From positions 64,001-128,000 of IMG/VR virus record IMGVR_UViG_3300028840_003271: 64,000 nucleotides of DNA. One strand, 5' to 3'. The position numbers and the translations under genes were made by a program. Below are positions 1 through 9,064 of the stretch, piece by piece (positions within the stretch are counted from its first letter, which is position 1; each line of letters opens with the position of its first letter). A model generated the notes under the pieces. The model had not been told where the DNA came from, searched no databases, and saw nothing but the letters and a program-made list of their open reading frames with translations. The stretch is from a virus.

Positions 1-9
1 AATTTTCTC

Positions 10-315
10 CTAGACGAACCAGTCTTGATATTTCAACGCTTCTTGATAGTTCTCAGTTATAAGACGAAAAGCATATGCTGGTGTTTTTTCTTTCATACAT
101 TCTGTGTGAACAAAGCGGTTTGGAATACCAACTTGATTTGAAATAATAAGATAAACTGAGGTAGTAGTTAGTGTGGTAAAAGCCTTTTTACATAAAGGAC
201 ACACGTCTCTATTACCATATCTTCTTCTTGCTGCAACAAACTTTTTTCCATCTTCCATATATCTAAACGTGACACCTTTACCATCCCACATTATTTTCTT
301 ATCTTGTGGATTCAT
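10..315 (-). CDS. hypothetical protein, CxxC..HxxC Zn-binding motif
   Basis: ORF co-oriented with early array; CPLC and HTEC motifs. Confidence 0.6.
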   Translation of the reverse strand: MNPQDKKIMWDGKGVTFRYMEDGKKFVAARRRYGNRDVCPLCKKAFTTLTTTSVYLIISNQVGIPNRFVHTECMKEKTPAYAFRLITENYQEALKYQDWFV

Positions 316-317
316 TT

Positions 318-503
318 TTAGTAATCCTCATCTATTGGTTCATCACATTCATAACCACAATCGGTAAAAATCTCTGGACGAAATCCTCTTTTGACTTCAT
401 CCTCACATTTTTCACAAACATTAGTTACAAAAATACCTCTGGCATCATAAAGAGGATAAGAAAATTCTTGACTACCACAGCTACAAAGTCTATCATATCC
501 CAT
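318..503 (-). CDS. small Cys-rich hypothetical protein
   Basis: CSCGS...YDARGI...CEKC; tightly packed with neighbours. Confidence 0.65.
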   Translation of the reverse strand: MGYDRLCSCGSQEFSYPLYDARGIFVTNVCEKCEDEVKRGFRPEIFTDCGYECDEPIDEDY

Positions 504-505
504 TT

Positions 506-703
506 TTATTCTTCCGATATTTCAGGTTTATTTATTTGAAATCTAGCAACTCTAAAACAAAACACATAAATATCTAAATAACACATATAACTACTATTCC
601 ATTGATATATGATGTATTCCGAACTAATTGGTGTTAAAATACGGAACCAACTAAAAAACTCAAAAAACATACGTCTTACTTTTTCGTGTCCTTCAATTTT
701 CAT
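506..703 (-). CDS. hypothetical protein
   Basis: AGGA RBS, tight packing. Confidence 0.5.
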   Translation of the reverse strand: MKIEGHEKVRRMFFEFFSWFRILTPISSEYIIYQWNSSYMCYLDIYVFCFRVARFQINKPEISEE

Positions 704-718
704 TTTATTTTCCTGGTT

Positions 719-946
719 TTAGGAGTGTGAACCAGTAATTTTTACAACGTTTTGTGGATTATCAATAAGTCTATCTACTTCAGTTTGTGTTATATAATTT
801 CCAATATGTGGAGTGGTTGTATTAACTAGTTTTAATACTTTATACTTGTACACTGGATATAATTTATATTCGCTTGACCAAGTTTGAATTTTTCTTTTTT
901 CGTTGTGTGAAAATTCTTGTCTTAATTCAATAATTGTTTTACTCAT
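719..946 (-). CDS. hypothetical protein, probable paralog of 2248..2457
   Basis: Start moved to MSKTII (GGAG RBS); YKVLKLVNTTTPHIG resembles YEVVELFNLINPTIG. Confidence 0.6.
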   Translation of the reverse strand: MSKTIIELRQEFSHNEKRKIQTWSSEYKLYPVYKYKVLKLVNTTTPHIGNYITQTEVDRLIDNPQNVVKITGSHS

Positions 947-947
947 T

Positions 948-1160
948 TTATTCTCCAAAAAAAGCGTCTTGACACTTTTGACACAATCCACTCATTCGAT
1001 ATTCTTTGAGAGATATTTCATTTCGAAATTCATTTACAAGAACAGGTTCTCCACATCCAATTGGTGGTTCTACACATCTATCATTTGTAATAGCTTCTGT
1101 TCGGTTTGTAAAAGAATTAAGATAATCTTCAATTTGTGGTGATTTTTTAGTTTGGTTCAT
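948..1160 (-). CDS. small Zn-binding phage protein (SGLCQKCQD family)
   Basis: GGAG RBS before MNQTKK; C..PPIGC...EYRMSGLCQKCQD. Confidence 0.7.
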   Translation of the reverse strand: MNQTKKSPQIEDYLNSFTNRTEAITNDRCVEPPIGCGEPVLVNEFRNEISLKEYRMSGLCQKCQDAFFGE

Positions 1161-1194
1161 GTAAACAATCTCCATTTAGTTATTAGATTTATTA

Positions 1195-2175
1195 TTATTT
1201 AGTAATAGTTGCTAATTCAGTATTTTTAATAGTTGCTGATCCAGCATTTTCAATAGTTGCTGATCCAGCATATATAATAGTTGCTGATCCAGCATTTTCA
1301 ATAGTTGCCGATCCAGCATATTCAATAGTTGCTAATTCAGCATATTTAATAGTTGCTGATCCAGCACATTCAATAGTTGCTGATCCAGCATTTTTAATAG
1401 TTGCTGATCCGGCATATTTAATAATTGCTGATTCAGCATTTTTAATATTTGCTGATTCAGCATTTTTAATAGTTGCTAGTTCAGCATATTCAATAGTTGC
1501 TGATTCAGCATTTTCAATAGTTGCTGATCCAGTATATATAATAGTTGCTGATCCAGCATTTTCAATAGTTGCTGATCCAGCATATATAATAGTTGCTGAT
1601 CCAGCATTTTCAATAGTTGCCGATCCAGCATTTTTAATAGTTGCTAATCTAGCATATTTAATAGTTGCTGATTCGGCATATTCAATAGTTGCTGATTCGG
1701 CATATTCAATAGTTGCTGATCCAGCATATTTGATAATTGCTGATCCAGCATTTTTAATAGTTGCCGATCCAGCATTTTTAATAGTTGCTGATCCAGCATT
1801 TATGATTCTCGAATTGGTACAACGATTAATAGTTACATTTCCAACTAAGATATAGCATCCATTAAAAAGAATTTTTTGATCTTGTGTAACTAGCATTTGA
1901 GAAACACGAGAACGTAATAACTGTTTTACATGATTCTGTTCGTATTCTGTAAACCATTCTGGACATATAGAAGAATCGATTTTTAATTGATATGATTCCA
2001 AATCTGCATAATTTTCTTTTTTTGGAATGTATTCTAATCTCACAAACGAATAGTTTCTATTTTGTTCATCATTAAGATTTGCATAATCAATCAAATCTTC
2101 GTGACTATCTGTAGATTCTGGATGAAAAATTAATTCACGACTTTGTGTGTAAATAGCAGAAAACGTTCGACACAT
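1195..2175 (-). CDS. phage protein with 25 tandem octapeptide repeats (xAGSATIx), probable beta-solenoid
   Basis: AAGGAG RBS before MCRTFS; 24-bp tandem repeat at ~1201-1800. Confidence 0.8.
   Translation of the reverse strand: MCRTFSAIYTQSRELIFHPESTDSHEDLIDYANLNDEQNRNYSFVRLEYIPKKENYADLESYQLKIDSSICPEWFTEYEQNHVKQLLRSRVSQMLVTQDQKILFNGCYILVGNVTINRCTNSRIINAGSATIKNAGSATIKNAGSAIIKYAGSATIEYAESATIEYAESATIKYARLATIKNAGSATIENAGSATIIYAGSATIENAGSATIIYTGSATIENAESATIEYAELATIKNAESANIKNAESAIIKYAGSATIKNAGSATIECAGSATIKYAELATIEYAGSATIENAGSATIIYAGSATIENAGSATIKNTELATITK
1201..1800. repeat. coding 24-bp tandem repeat, 25 units
   Basis: Consensus AATAGTTGCTGATCCAGCAT+4 nt visible directly. Confidence 0.95.
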
Positions 2176-2188
2176 GTGATTGTTCTCC

Positions 2189-2224
2189 TTATTTTCCAAA
2201 AAGTGACTTTTTAGTTGGGTTCAT
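2189..2224 (-). pseudogene. internally deleted ghost copy of gene 948..1160 (MNPTKKSLFGK*)
   Basis: 26 nt match the start region of 948..1160 (2 mismatches), fused to a 14-nt match to its 3' end. Confidence 0.7.
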
Positions 2225-2247
2225 GTAATTTTTTTTCTTTCTATAAC

Positions 2248-2457
2248 TTATTGTACTATTGTAACATTAATTTCTACATTGTGAAGATAGATTTGAAGCT
2301 GTTCAACAGTTAATTTGGTTCCAATCGTTGGGTTAATTAAATTAAAAAGCTCAACCACTTCATAATGAGTAATTTCGTCCACGTATGAATTGCCACCATA
2401 ATCTTTTTTGGTTACGTTGGTTGTAATTTGTCTAACCATGATTTGCTTTTGTTTCAT
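2248..2457 (-). CDS. hypothetical protein
   Basis: ATGA overlap with upstream gene; similar to 719..946. Confidence 0.65.
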   Translation of the reverse strand: MKQKQIMVRQITTNVTKKDYGGNSYVDEITHYEVVELFNLINPTIGTKLTVEQLQIYLHNVEINVTIVQ

Positions 2458-3905
2458 TTTGACCTCACAATATACTTGAGGAAAAACTCTTGTAAATCCC
2501 GACTACCATCTTTTGACTTTGTAATATGGTGAACAACTTCTTCAAAAACAGTCATCCACAAATCATTATTTATTCCTCCTGTAGCATATTCTTTTTCCAC
2601 ATAAACAGTTTCAGTATCAAAATTGTAGACACCTTTTGCTTGACATTCAGCATTAGCCACCTCTGTAAAACAAGCAATTTTTGGTTGATTCAATCCATTA
2701 GTCAAACCAACATTATGAATTTTTGACCAAACATCGTTGAGAACTTTTATCAAAGTGTCTGTAGCTGGAGAAAATTGTTTACCTTTTTTTTCCAAACCAC
2801 TCAGAACACTATCTGCTACTACAACCTCACTTTCTTCAAGATTTTTTAACCATCCATCATTTTCAATTTCTACTACAGTATGTCCTTTTGCTGAAACTAA
2901 ACTACTTAGTGAACTATCTTTTCTACAAAGTACCGAAACACCAACCGCATTTTGCCAAGCCTTTTTCCAGTTGCTTTTTATTCTATTTTTCTGTTCTCGT
3001 GAATAGTTATATTTATTATTGTAGTTTAGATAGTATCCATCAAAATGTTTTTCCCACAATGGATCACATTTAATGAGAGAAGAAAATAGCGTGGTCAAAC
3101 TTTTTTCATTTGCTTCACGAATTGCTTCTGCTGCACGAGCTTGAGCAATATAGTCGCTTGCATTTCGACATTCATCTAACTTAAGTTCATCGCCAAAATT
3201 ATAATCAAATAATGCTGGTCGAGGGTTGTGGCTTTCACTATCAATTTCTCTTACATAAACACCTTTTTTATAAATAACTGCTGTTGGAATTTGACTGATT
3301 AAATTTCGGCTGTTTTTTGTTAGAACTTTTTCATAAACCAGTTCTGGTCGGTCTGAAAAATGCAAAAATCTTCGTGGAAGTTCGCCATAGAATTTTTGAA
3401 TTTCTTCATTTAGAGGAATAAAAATTCGTGTATATTCCTCTCTTGGTTCTAGACTAGATACTATTTCAACACTTAATTCATCTTTTGAAATAGCAGAAAC
3501 AAAATCTCCATCTTGACGAATTGTTCTATCAATAGCGTTTGCTACAAATTCACGCAATGCCATTGATAAATCATTCCAGTCTTTTTCTCCATATTCTACA
3601 ACAAAATTAAGTTCTCGTGACGGAGTATCGTTTATGCAAAATAACACTTGGTTTACTTTGGTTTCTGACAGACCATCGTTCACAATCTTTTCTTTTGTTG
3701 AAAAAGTTAATCTGTCTTTTCCACAATAAATTGTTGGTGACAAGCCTTTACGGAGAAGAAGATTTATAGCATGTTTTGTTCCTGACCCAAATTCTCCAAT
3801 TGTATCTGAACTATTTTCTTCATCATTTCGTGTCATACTCATTCCTAAAAGAGTAAAACCTTCAAGAGGAGCGACGCCTTTATTTTGTATTCTCAGATAC
3901 TTCAT
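2454..3905 (-). CDS. GHKL-type ATPase-like protein with C-terminal zincin-like motif
   Basis: IGEFGSGTK, ALREFVANAID motifs; C-terminal FEEVVHH. Confidence 0.65.
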   Translation of the reverse strand: MKYLRIQNKGVAPLEGFTLLGMSMTRNDEENSSDTIGEFGSGTKHAINLLLRKGLSPTIYCGKDRLTFSTKEKIVNDGLSETKVNQVLFCINDTPSRELNFVVEYGEKDWNDLSMALREFVANAIDRTIRQDGDFVSAISKDELSVEIVSSLEPREEYTRIFIPLNEEIQKFYGELPRRFLHFSDRPELVYEKVLTKNSRNLISQIPTAVIYKKGVYVREIDSESHNPRPALFDYNFGDELKLDECRNASDYIAQARAAEAIREANEKSLTTLFSSLIKCDPLWEKHFDGYYLNYNNKYNYSREQKNRIKSNWKKAWQNAVGVSVLCRKDSSLSSLVSAKGHTVVEIENDGWLKNLEESEVVVADSVLSGLEKKGKQFSPATDTLIKVLNDVWSKIHNVGLTNGLNQPKIACFTEVANAECQAKGVYNFDTETVYVEKEYATGGINNDLWMTVFEEVVHHITKSKDGSRDLQEFFLKYIVRSK

Positions 3906-4089
3906 TTTCTTTTCTCACAACTATAGTGAAAATGTTGAAAAAGCTTAGACAATTGAAAATGCCTTTTCTCACACGAACAATTTTAGCACCGTTTTTTCTC
4001 CATTTTCGAATATAATTTGCTACATCCTTTCTACTCTTAAATGGGTGTCTTAATGGTCCAAAAAAATCAAAAGCACTTATTTGTGTCAT
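3880..4089 (-). CDS. hypothetical basic protein
   Basis: ORF in packed minus-strand array. Confidence 0.55.
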   Translation of the reverse strand: MTQISAFDFFGPLRHPFKSRKDVANYIRKWRKNGAKIVRVRKGIFNCLSFFNIFTIVVRKENEVSENTK

Positions 4090-4111
4090 ATCAGCACCAA
4101 GTTTGTTTAGG

Positions 4112-4312
4112 TTATTGCCCTTCTTTTATAACACAAGAACCATACAATTTTCCATAAATATCTCTATTAATTTCTATCATTGGTCTGTTTTTTTCGTTTA
4201 ATATTGTCTGAATTTGTTCATGAACAGTATTGACGATTTTTATTTCGCCAATAATATCTATTCCACTTACAACAACTATATTTGTTGATGGTTTAACACA
4301 TAATCTATCCAT
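4112..4312 (-). CDS. hypothetical protein
   Basis: AGGAG RBS. Confidence 0.55.
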   Translation of the reverse strand: MDRLCVKPSTNIVVVSGIDIIGEIKIVNTVHEQIQTILNEKNRPMIEINRDIYGKLYGSCVIKEGQ

Positions 4313-4321
4313 TTTCTTCTC

Positions 4322-4561
4322 CTAAATATTTAGTGGAATAACTGATGTAATTTGTTCTTCATCTATCCATTTTCCAGAATCCATATCACTACAATCAGAT
4401 AGAGTATCGACAATTCGATATTTCCATTTTCCAGTTAGTGGACTTTGTAAAACATCAGCAACTATTCCACAACCGTCATAAGTATATTCTATTTCTTGAT
4501 AAGGATTATAATACTGATAATTGTAAACTACTTCATCACCAACTTGATATTTCACGCACAT
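4322..4561 (-). CDS. small SH3/KOW-like hypothetical protein
   Basis: KYQVGDEV...GIV...YRI...WIDEEQI pattern. Confidence 0.55.
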   Translation of the reverse strand: MCVKYQVGDEVVYNYQYYNPYQEIEYTYDGCGIVADVLQSPLTGKWKYRIVDTLSDCSDMDSGKWIDEEQITSVIPLNI

Positions 4562-4827
4562 TTTCTAATCTCCATTATAACAGGAAATTCTGACATACTC
4601 AAATTGTGTTTTACTCCAACTTCCAATGGATAATTGCGTACCAATTTGTCAATTTCTTCTTCAGGAAGAGGATAAGCCCAGTGATAGGCATATCTTATAG
4701 CGTCTTCAAGTGTTTCAAATTTTGAATTTTTCCAATCTTTACAAGACGGATATCCAAAACAATCTGCCGGCTTATCGTCTTGAAAAACTTGAAACATTTT
4801 CTTTTCCTTTTCTGTTAACATCTCCAA
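4552..4827 (-). CDS. hypothetical protein
   Basis: Overlaps next gene start; plausible composition. Confidence 0.55.
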   Translation of the reverse strand: MEMLTEKEKKMFQVFQDDKPADCFGYPSCKDWKNSKFETLEDAIRYAYHWAYPLPEEEIDKLVRNYPLEVGVKHNLSMSEFPVIMEIRKCA

Positions 4828-4890
4828 TTATTCGAAGATATTTAGTCATTTTGACACAACTTGTCTAATATCATAGTAGTAGACGACATT

Positions 4891-5109
4891 TTACTTTCTA
4901 CTATATTTGAGAGCATAAAAAACTGAAGCACCGATGAAGATGCATAGTAGGATTACTAAAGCAATAATTACTGGAATCCAAAGCGGTGATAATACCCACC
5001 ACCACGACCAATTAATTACATTACATAATTTAAGAGTAATGAAGACAATTGTAAGTAAACCTACAAAACCTATTCCACCACTTGATGATGCGTTGTTTTT
5101 GTTAGACAT
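4891..5109 (-). CDS. conserved phage two-TM membrane protein
   Basis: SSSGGIGFxGLLTIVFITLKL..INWSWWWVLSPLW, a motif common in phage membrane proteins. Confidence 0.8.
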   Translation of the reverse strand: MSNKNNASSSGGIGFVGLLTIVFITLKLCNVINWSWWWVLSPLWIPVIIALVILLCIFIGASVFYALKYSRK

Positions 5110-5347
5110 TTTTATTCTCCTTTTTCTTAAATTGGGTGTATACTATATTCACAAGATATATCATATAATAATCGACCATTTCTGGTTTATTTGGAAAAAC
5201 TTTTTTCAGAATATTTTCTGCTTCGTAATATAAACGGTCATCATAGTTCTTACTGTAAGTATAACCAATAAAGTCTAATTCCAAATAACCCAACGCTTGA
5301 ATTAGTGCTTTATAGTATTTAACCATGTGAATTTGTTGTGATGTCAT
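5102..5347 (-). CDS. hypothetical protein
   Basis: AAGGAA RBS before MTSQQ, downstream of terminator. Confidence 0.5.
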   Translation of the reverse strand: MTSQQIHMVKYYKALIQALGYLELDFIGYTYSKNYDDRLYYEAENILKKVFPNKPEMVDYYMIYLVNIVYTQFKKKENKNV

Positions 5348-5375
5348 CTTTTTCTTTCCTTGTTTGTTACAAAAT

Positions 5376-5415
5376 AAAAAGAACCCCACTAGACATTTCT
5401 GCCTAGTGAGGTTTC
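5376..5415 (-). terminator. intrinsic terminator
   Basis: Imperfect inverted repeat CCCCACTAGACA/TGCCTAGTGAGG with minus-strand T tract. Confidence 0.7.
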
Positions 5416-5449
5416 CAAAAAATGGGTATTATCGCCACTGTAACACCCA

Positions 5450-5890
5450 TCAAGGAATTGATAAAACTCGTTTTATTCCTAACATTACAGAATTCCACAC
5501 TTTATATGGGGTTTGTGTTTTTTTCAAAATATCCAAAATCGTTGGACTGTGTTTAATAAATTCTTGAGTAAGAATTTTTAATTGCACATCGATTTGACAC
5601 TGAATATCCACTTTACCATTTCTGAAAACCGTTGCTGTGTTTTCGTCACAATAATCATTAAAATCTGTAACTTCAAATTCGAAATAGGAATCAGGATTAA
5701 TTTCTCGAAATCCATTTTCTCTCAAAAATTGTCTAACCTCTGGACTATCTTGAGTAAAAAAGTCCCAATCAGAATCAGGACGATCTGTTCCAAAAAACCT
5801 TGAACCTGTAAGGTAAAACTTAAATGAGTTTTTTTCCAAAATTTCAAGAATTCGTTGTGTTTCGTTTTTGGTTGAAAAACTGATTAACAT
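5450..5890 (-). CDS. minimal nucleotidyltransferase (pol-beta superfamily)
   Basis: LTGSRFFG...SDWDFF (GS + DxD) and later VDI. Confidence 0.75.
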   Translation of the reverse strand: MLISFSTKNETQRILEILEKNSFKFYLTGSRFFGTDRPDSDWDFFTQDSPEVRQFLRENGFREINPDSYFEFEVTDFNDYCDENTATVFRNGKVDIQCQIDVQLKILTQEFIKHSPTILDILKKTQTPYKVWNSVMLGIKRVLSIP

Positions 5891-5948
5891 TTTACATTCC
5901 TTTTTGGAGAGAGAAAAAGAGTAAATCGGTTTACGCAAAAAAGCGAAC

Positions 5949-6344
5949 TTACGACACAATCATTCTAACTACTTTTGGATTGTTTGTTTGTGTAAATTCA
6001 CCTTTGTAATATTGTTCTAAAATATAATTATAACAAAGCTGACTAATTTTTGGGTTGATAGGAGTTCCTCTTTTTATTAGAATATTAGTTCGTATAAGAA
6101 CCGAACCGTTATTTGACCGAATTCTCATCCAACAAGTCCTACCTTTTTTACAGGGTATCCACATTAGTTTGTTTTGTTTTTTCTTCTCATCATTTTTGCA
6201 CTGTTGTCGTGCTAACTTACTGACTTCTTTACACTTATTACACACATTACGTGTACAGCCAAACAAATCTAAATCATCAATAAGCATAGTGAACTTTTTA
6301 TAACACACGTCACATCTTACTTGTATCGTATCTATGTCGGCCAT
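5949..6344 (-). CDS. Zn-ribbon hypothetical protein
   Basis: CDVC...CNKC. Confidence 0.55.
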   Translation of the reverse strand: MADIDTIQVRCDVCYKKFTMLIDDLDLFGCTRNVCNKCKEVSKLARQQCKNDEKKKQNKLMWIPCKKGRTCWMRIRSNNGSVLIRTNILIKRGTPINPKISQLCYNYILEQYYKGEFTQTNNPKVVRMIVS

Positions 6345-6396
6345 TTTCCACCAAGTTTGTTTGAGTATTTAGAGGTTTAGTTTTTCTTTTTTATAG

Positions 6397-6479
6397 TGAC
6401 CTAGATGGGATTTGAACCCATATGTCATAAAGACACAGCTTTTTAAGAGCTGAGTGTATACCTATTCCACCACTAGGTC
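6397..6479 (-). tRNA. tRNA-Leu(UAA)
   Basis: Acceptor GACCTAG/CTAGGTC, anticodon arm CAGCT-CTTAAAA-AGCTG, long variable arm, GGTTCAAATCC; CCA not encoded. Confidence 0.92.
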
Positions 6480-6647
6480 AACCCTTTTTGTTTTATCCCC
6501 AATGTGTCATGTTTAGTGGAACACAATAATTTTGTCCACGACATTTCAAGACTACATAATCTTTTCCACTACCCACACAAAGATATTCTTGTCCCTTAAG
6601 AAAAGGAAAATAATCTTCAGTCATAAAGACAACTTCGCTCATTTCTT

Positions 6648-7190
6648 TTACTCCTCGGGAAAACATTCTTTGTAAATCTTTTCAACGATTTCTTTGCTAA
6701 TTGTATGTGATTTTTCACCAACATTACCAGCGTAGTGTATCCATTCTCCATCTATATCAATTTTGACATAATTACCTTGAACCTTAATTGGTGTGAGTCT
6801 TTCATAGATTTGTTTTATTGTTTGTTTTGTAATTTGAACACAACCAATTTTTACCACGTCTGATGTGTCACTAATTTCAACGTCGTAATCACCAATTTTA
6901 ATTTTTTCCTTTTGGGGAAAGTTTTGAAGAAGGTTGACAGCTTCTTCAATTGAAATTTGTCGCACATTTCTTGCACTTTTCTGTGGGTTCCATCCAAGAT
7001 TTCGATAGTCAGTTTTATCGTGTACAATAATCAACCAAGGGTATTTGTTATAACTTATTTGGTCCAAATTAAATATATTCCACTTATTTTCTTTTGCAAT
7101 TGCGTAAATAATTTTAGCTATTTCTACACACAAAGGATCAACTTGTAATTCAAATTCATCTGACAGTGTTAGTTCTGTTACGCTTTTCAT
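6648..7190 (-). CDS. hypothetical protein, paralog of 7370..7768 with duplicated C-terminal module
   Basis: AAGGAG RBS before MKSVT; VKIGCVQITKQTIKQIY resembles IKVGCQTIDAETVKKIY. Confidence 0.7.
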   Translation of the reverse strand: MKSVTELTLSDEFELQVDPLCVEIAKIIYAIAKENKWNIFNLDQISYNKYPWLIIVHDKTDYRNLGWNPQKSARNVRQISIEEAVNLLQNFPQKEKIKIGDYDVEISDTSDVVKIGCVQITKQTIKQIYERLTPIKVQGNYVKIDIDGEWIHYAGNVGEKSHTISKEIVEKIYKECFPEE

Positions 7191-7369
7191 TTGTTTTACT
7201 CCTTTAGATAGGAACATTTTCCAGTTATCCAACCCTTGTTACAAAGTAGGAATTGTTAGGAAAATGACATTTCCAAATTTCCGCTTGTTTTTCTGCTTTT
7301 TGTTGGTCAAACCAAGTAGAGAGACTATATTGAAAATCTTCCCACTTGCTATTTCGACGCCATACTATT

Positions 7370-7768
7370 TTATACACTTCTTTTCTCCTGAAATTTCAGG
7401 TAAATTTTCTTAACTGTTTCGGCGTCAATTGTTTGACAACCCACTTTAATATACTTTTCGTGAAAAATAACTGGATAACCATCAATAAAGACTTGTTGAT
7501 CTTCCGTAATTATTGGTATAATTTCATCAATAGTAAATTGTCTCAAATTATCGTATGATTTGTTTGGATTAAATCCCACATGTCTGTCTTGATAAAAGAC
7601 TAACCAACATTCTTGAAAGCGACAATTGCGATAATTGTCAAATATACTTTCTGGTGTAAAATTGATTATCCAGCCGTGTTCTTGAGCAATCTTAACCAAA
7701 GTTTTTGCAACTTCAAGATTTAGCGTGTTAACTTCAACTTTTACTTCGTCAGGTAGAAATTCAGCCAT
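7370..7768 (-). CDS. hypothetical protein, paralog of 6648..7190
   Basis: EVAKTLVKIAQEHGW resembles EIAKIIYAIAKENKW. Confidence 0.7.
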   Translation of the reverse strand: MAEFLPDEVKVEVNTLNLEVAKTLVKIAQEHGWIINFTPESIFDNYRNCRFQECWLVFYQDRHVGFNPNKSYDNLRQFTIDEIIPIITEDQQVFIDGYPVIFHEKYIKVGCQTIDAETVKKIYLKFQEKRSV

Positions 7769-7950
7769 TTTTTCCCTTTCTAATCAACAGTAAAGTTACT
7801 TTTGTTAGTTGCAGTTACTAAATAACGCCCCATAGAATTTCATAAAACACTTTTACCATGTCTTCATAGGACATCATATTTGTATCATATCCCATATCTT
7901 CTAATTCATCTTTTAATTCTCCAGGTGATATGTAACTACAATTGTACATT

Positions 7951-8307
7951 TTATTGTTTCCTTTCTTTTTGAGAAAGATTGCTCGTAAGATAAAATCGAT
8001 TTGCTAATTCCAATTTATACATTTCCTTTTTTTCCCCTTCCCACATTTCCCAAATTTCTTGTATTGAAATGTTATATTTAGTTTGAATTTTTTTAATTAG
8101 TTTGTGCAGATCTTTATTTGCTGTTTCTAGTCCTTTATAAGCAGTTTGAATAGCGTGTAAGTGTTCGTGTGTATTTAGATTTTCAACGTTAGGATATTCT
8201 GGAGCAATTCTTATTGCCATTCTTGCGACGTGTGAGTGTAATTGATTTATTTTATCAATACAGGTTTTAAGACGTTTAACAATAGATTGTATTTTTCTTC
8301 TCCTCAA
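7951..8307 (-). CDS. helical hypothetical protein
   Basis: Overlaps upstream stop codon. Confidence 0.55.
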   Translation of the reverse strand: MRRRKIQSIVKRLKTCIDKINQLHSHVARMAIRIAPEYPNVENLNTHEHLHAIQTAYKGLETANKDLHKLIKKIQTKYNISIQEIWEMWEGEKKEMYKLELANRFYLTSNLSQKERKQ

Positions 8308-8933
8308 AAAAGAATTTTACCCTCTGGACTAAAATCCAAAGTTGACAATTCATTCAAACAAATAAAGCGGGTTCCTTTATACATTAGGATTTTATTGTTG
8401 TGATGATGACCAAATATCCACAAACCTGGTTGATGAAAATGAAAACATGCTGATAACAAACGGGTTGTATTTGAAAAATTTAGTTTTCCATAATGAGTAA
8501 CTACTTTTTTTGCTATTTGAAAAGGACAATCGTGTGATAAGACTATATTTGGTTTTATTTTACAGTATGCGTCATATGCAGCTTTTTGCTGCATAAAATT
8601 TAATTCTTCCTCTGGCCACCAACTTACTCCTTCAATTCTATATTTTTTGTCTACAGAATAAGCTCCACGAATAAAGAAAAAGTCAATTGGTGAGGAAAAA
8701 AAAGGAATAGTGTGTATTCCAAAATTTCCTAAAAAGTGCGGACGATTTATATCGTTATAATTATCATGATTACCAGGAATTATTTTATGTTTTCGACTGT
8801 CTACTTTATCCAACACAGAATAATCAAACCCAAAATCTCCCAATTGGATCGAATATTCTGCATCGGAAATTAGTTGGAGATATTGTTCATATTTTCCATG
8901 AATATCTCCAATAATTTGAAGATATTTAGTCAT
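8304..8933 (-). CDS. calcineurin-like metallophosphoesterase
   Basis: GDIHG, LGDFG, GNHD, SHDCP, FGHHH motifs. Confidence 0.92.
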   Translation of the reverse strand: MTKYLQIIGDIHGKYEQYLQLISDAEYSIQLGDFGFDYSVLDKVDSRKHKIIPGNHDNYNDINRPHFLGNFGIHTIPFFSSPIDFFFIRGAYSVDKKYRIEGVSWWPEEELNFMQQKAAYDAYCKIKPNIVLSHDCPFQIAKKVVTHYGKLNFSNTTRLLSACFHFHQPGLWIFGHHHNNKILMYKGTRFICLNELSTLDFSPEGKILF

Positions 8934-9030
8934 TTCTTTTCTTCTTCTAATTCGTGTTTTATTTGACTAGGTTGGAGGTTGTTTTCAATAAAAAGGCTTC
9001 ATATATTAGGAGAACTAACAGGATAAAACG

Positions 9031-9060
9031 AAAAAAGGGTGCCACATATTGTGACACCCT
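9031..9060 (-). terminator. intrinsic terminator
   Basis: AGGGTGCCAC/GTGACACCCT stem with T6 on minus strand. Confidence 0.75.
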
Positions 9061-9064
9061 ACAT

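Noticed and set aside
1201-1800. CRISPR array
   Set aside because: Contiguous in-frame 24-bp coding repeats with no unique spacers.
5135-5142. GGTGTATA on the plus strand in the early region
   Set aside because: Antisense within a gene with no downstream plus-strand gene; probably chance.
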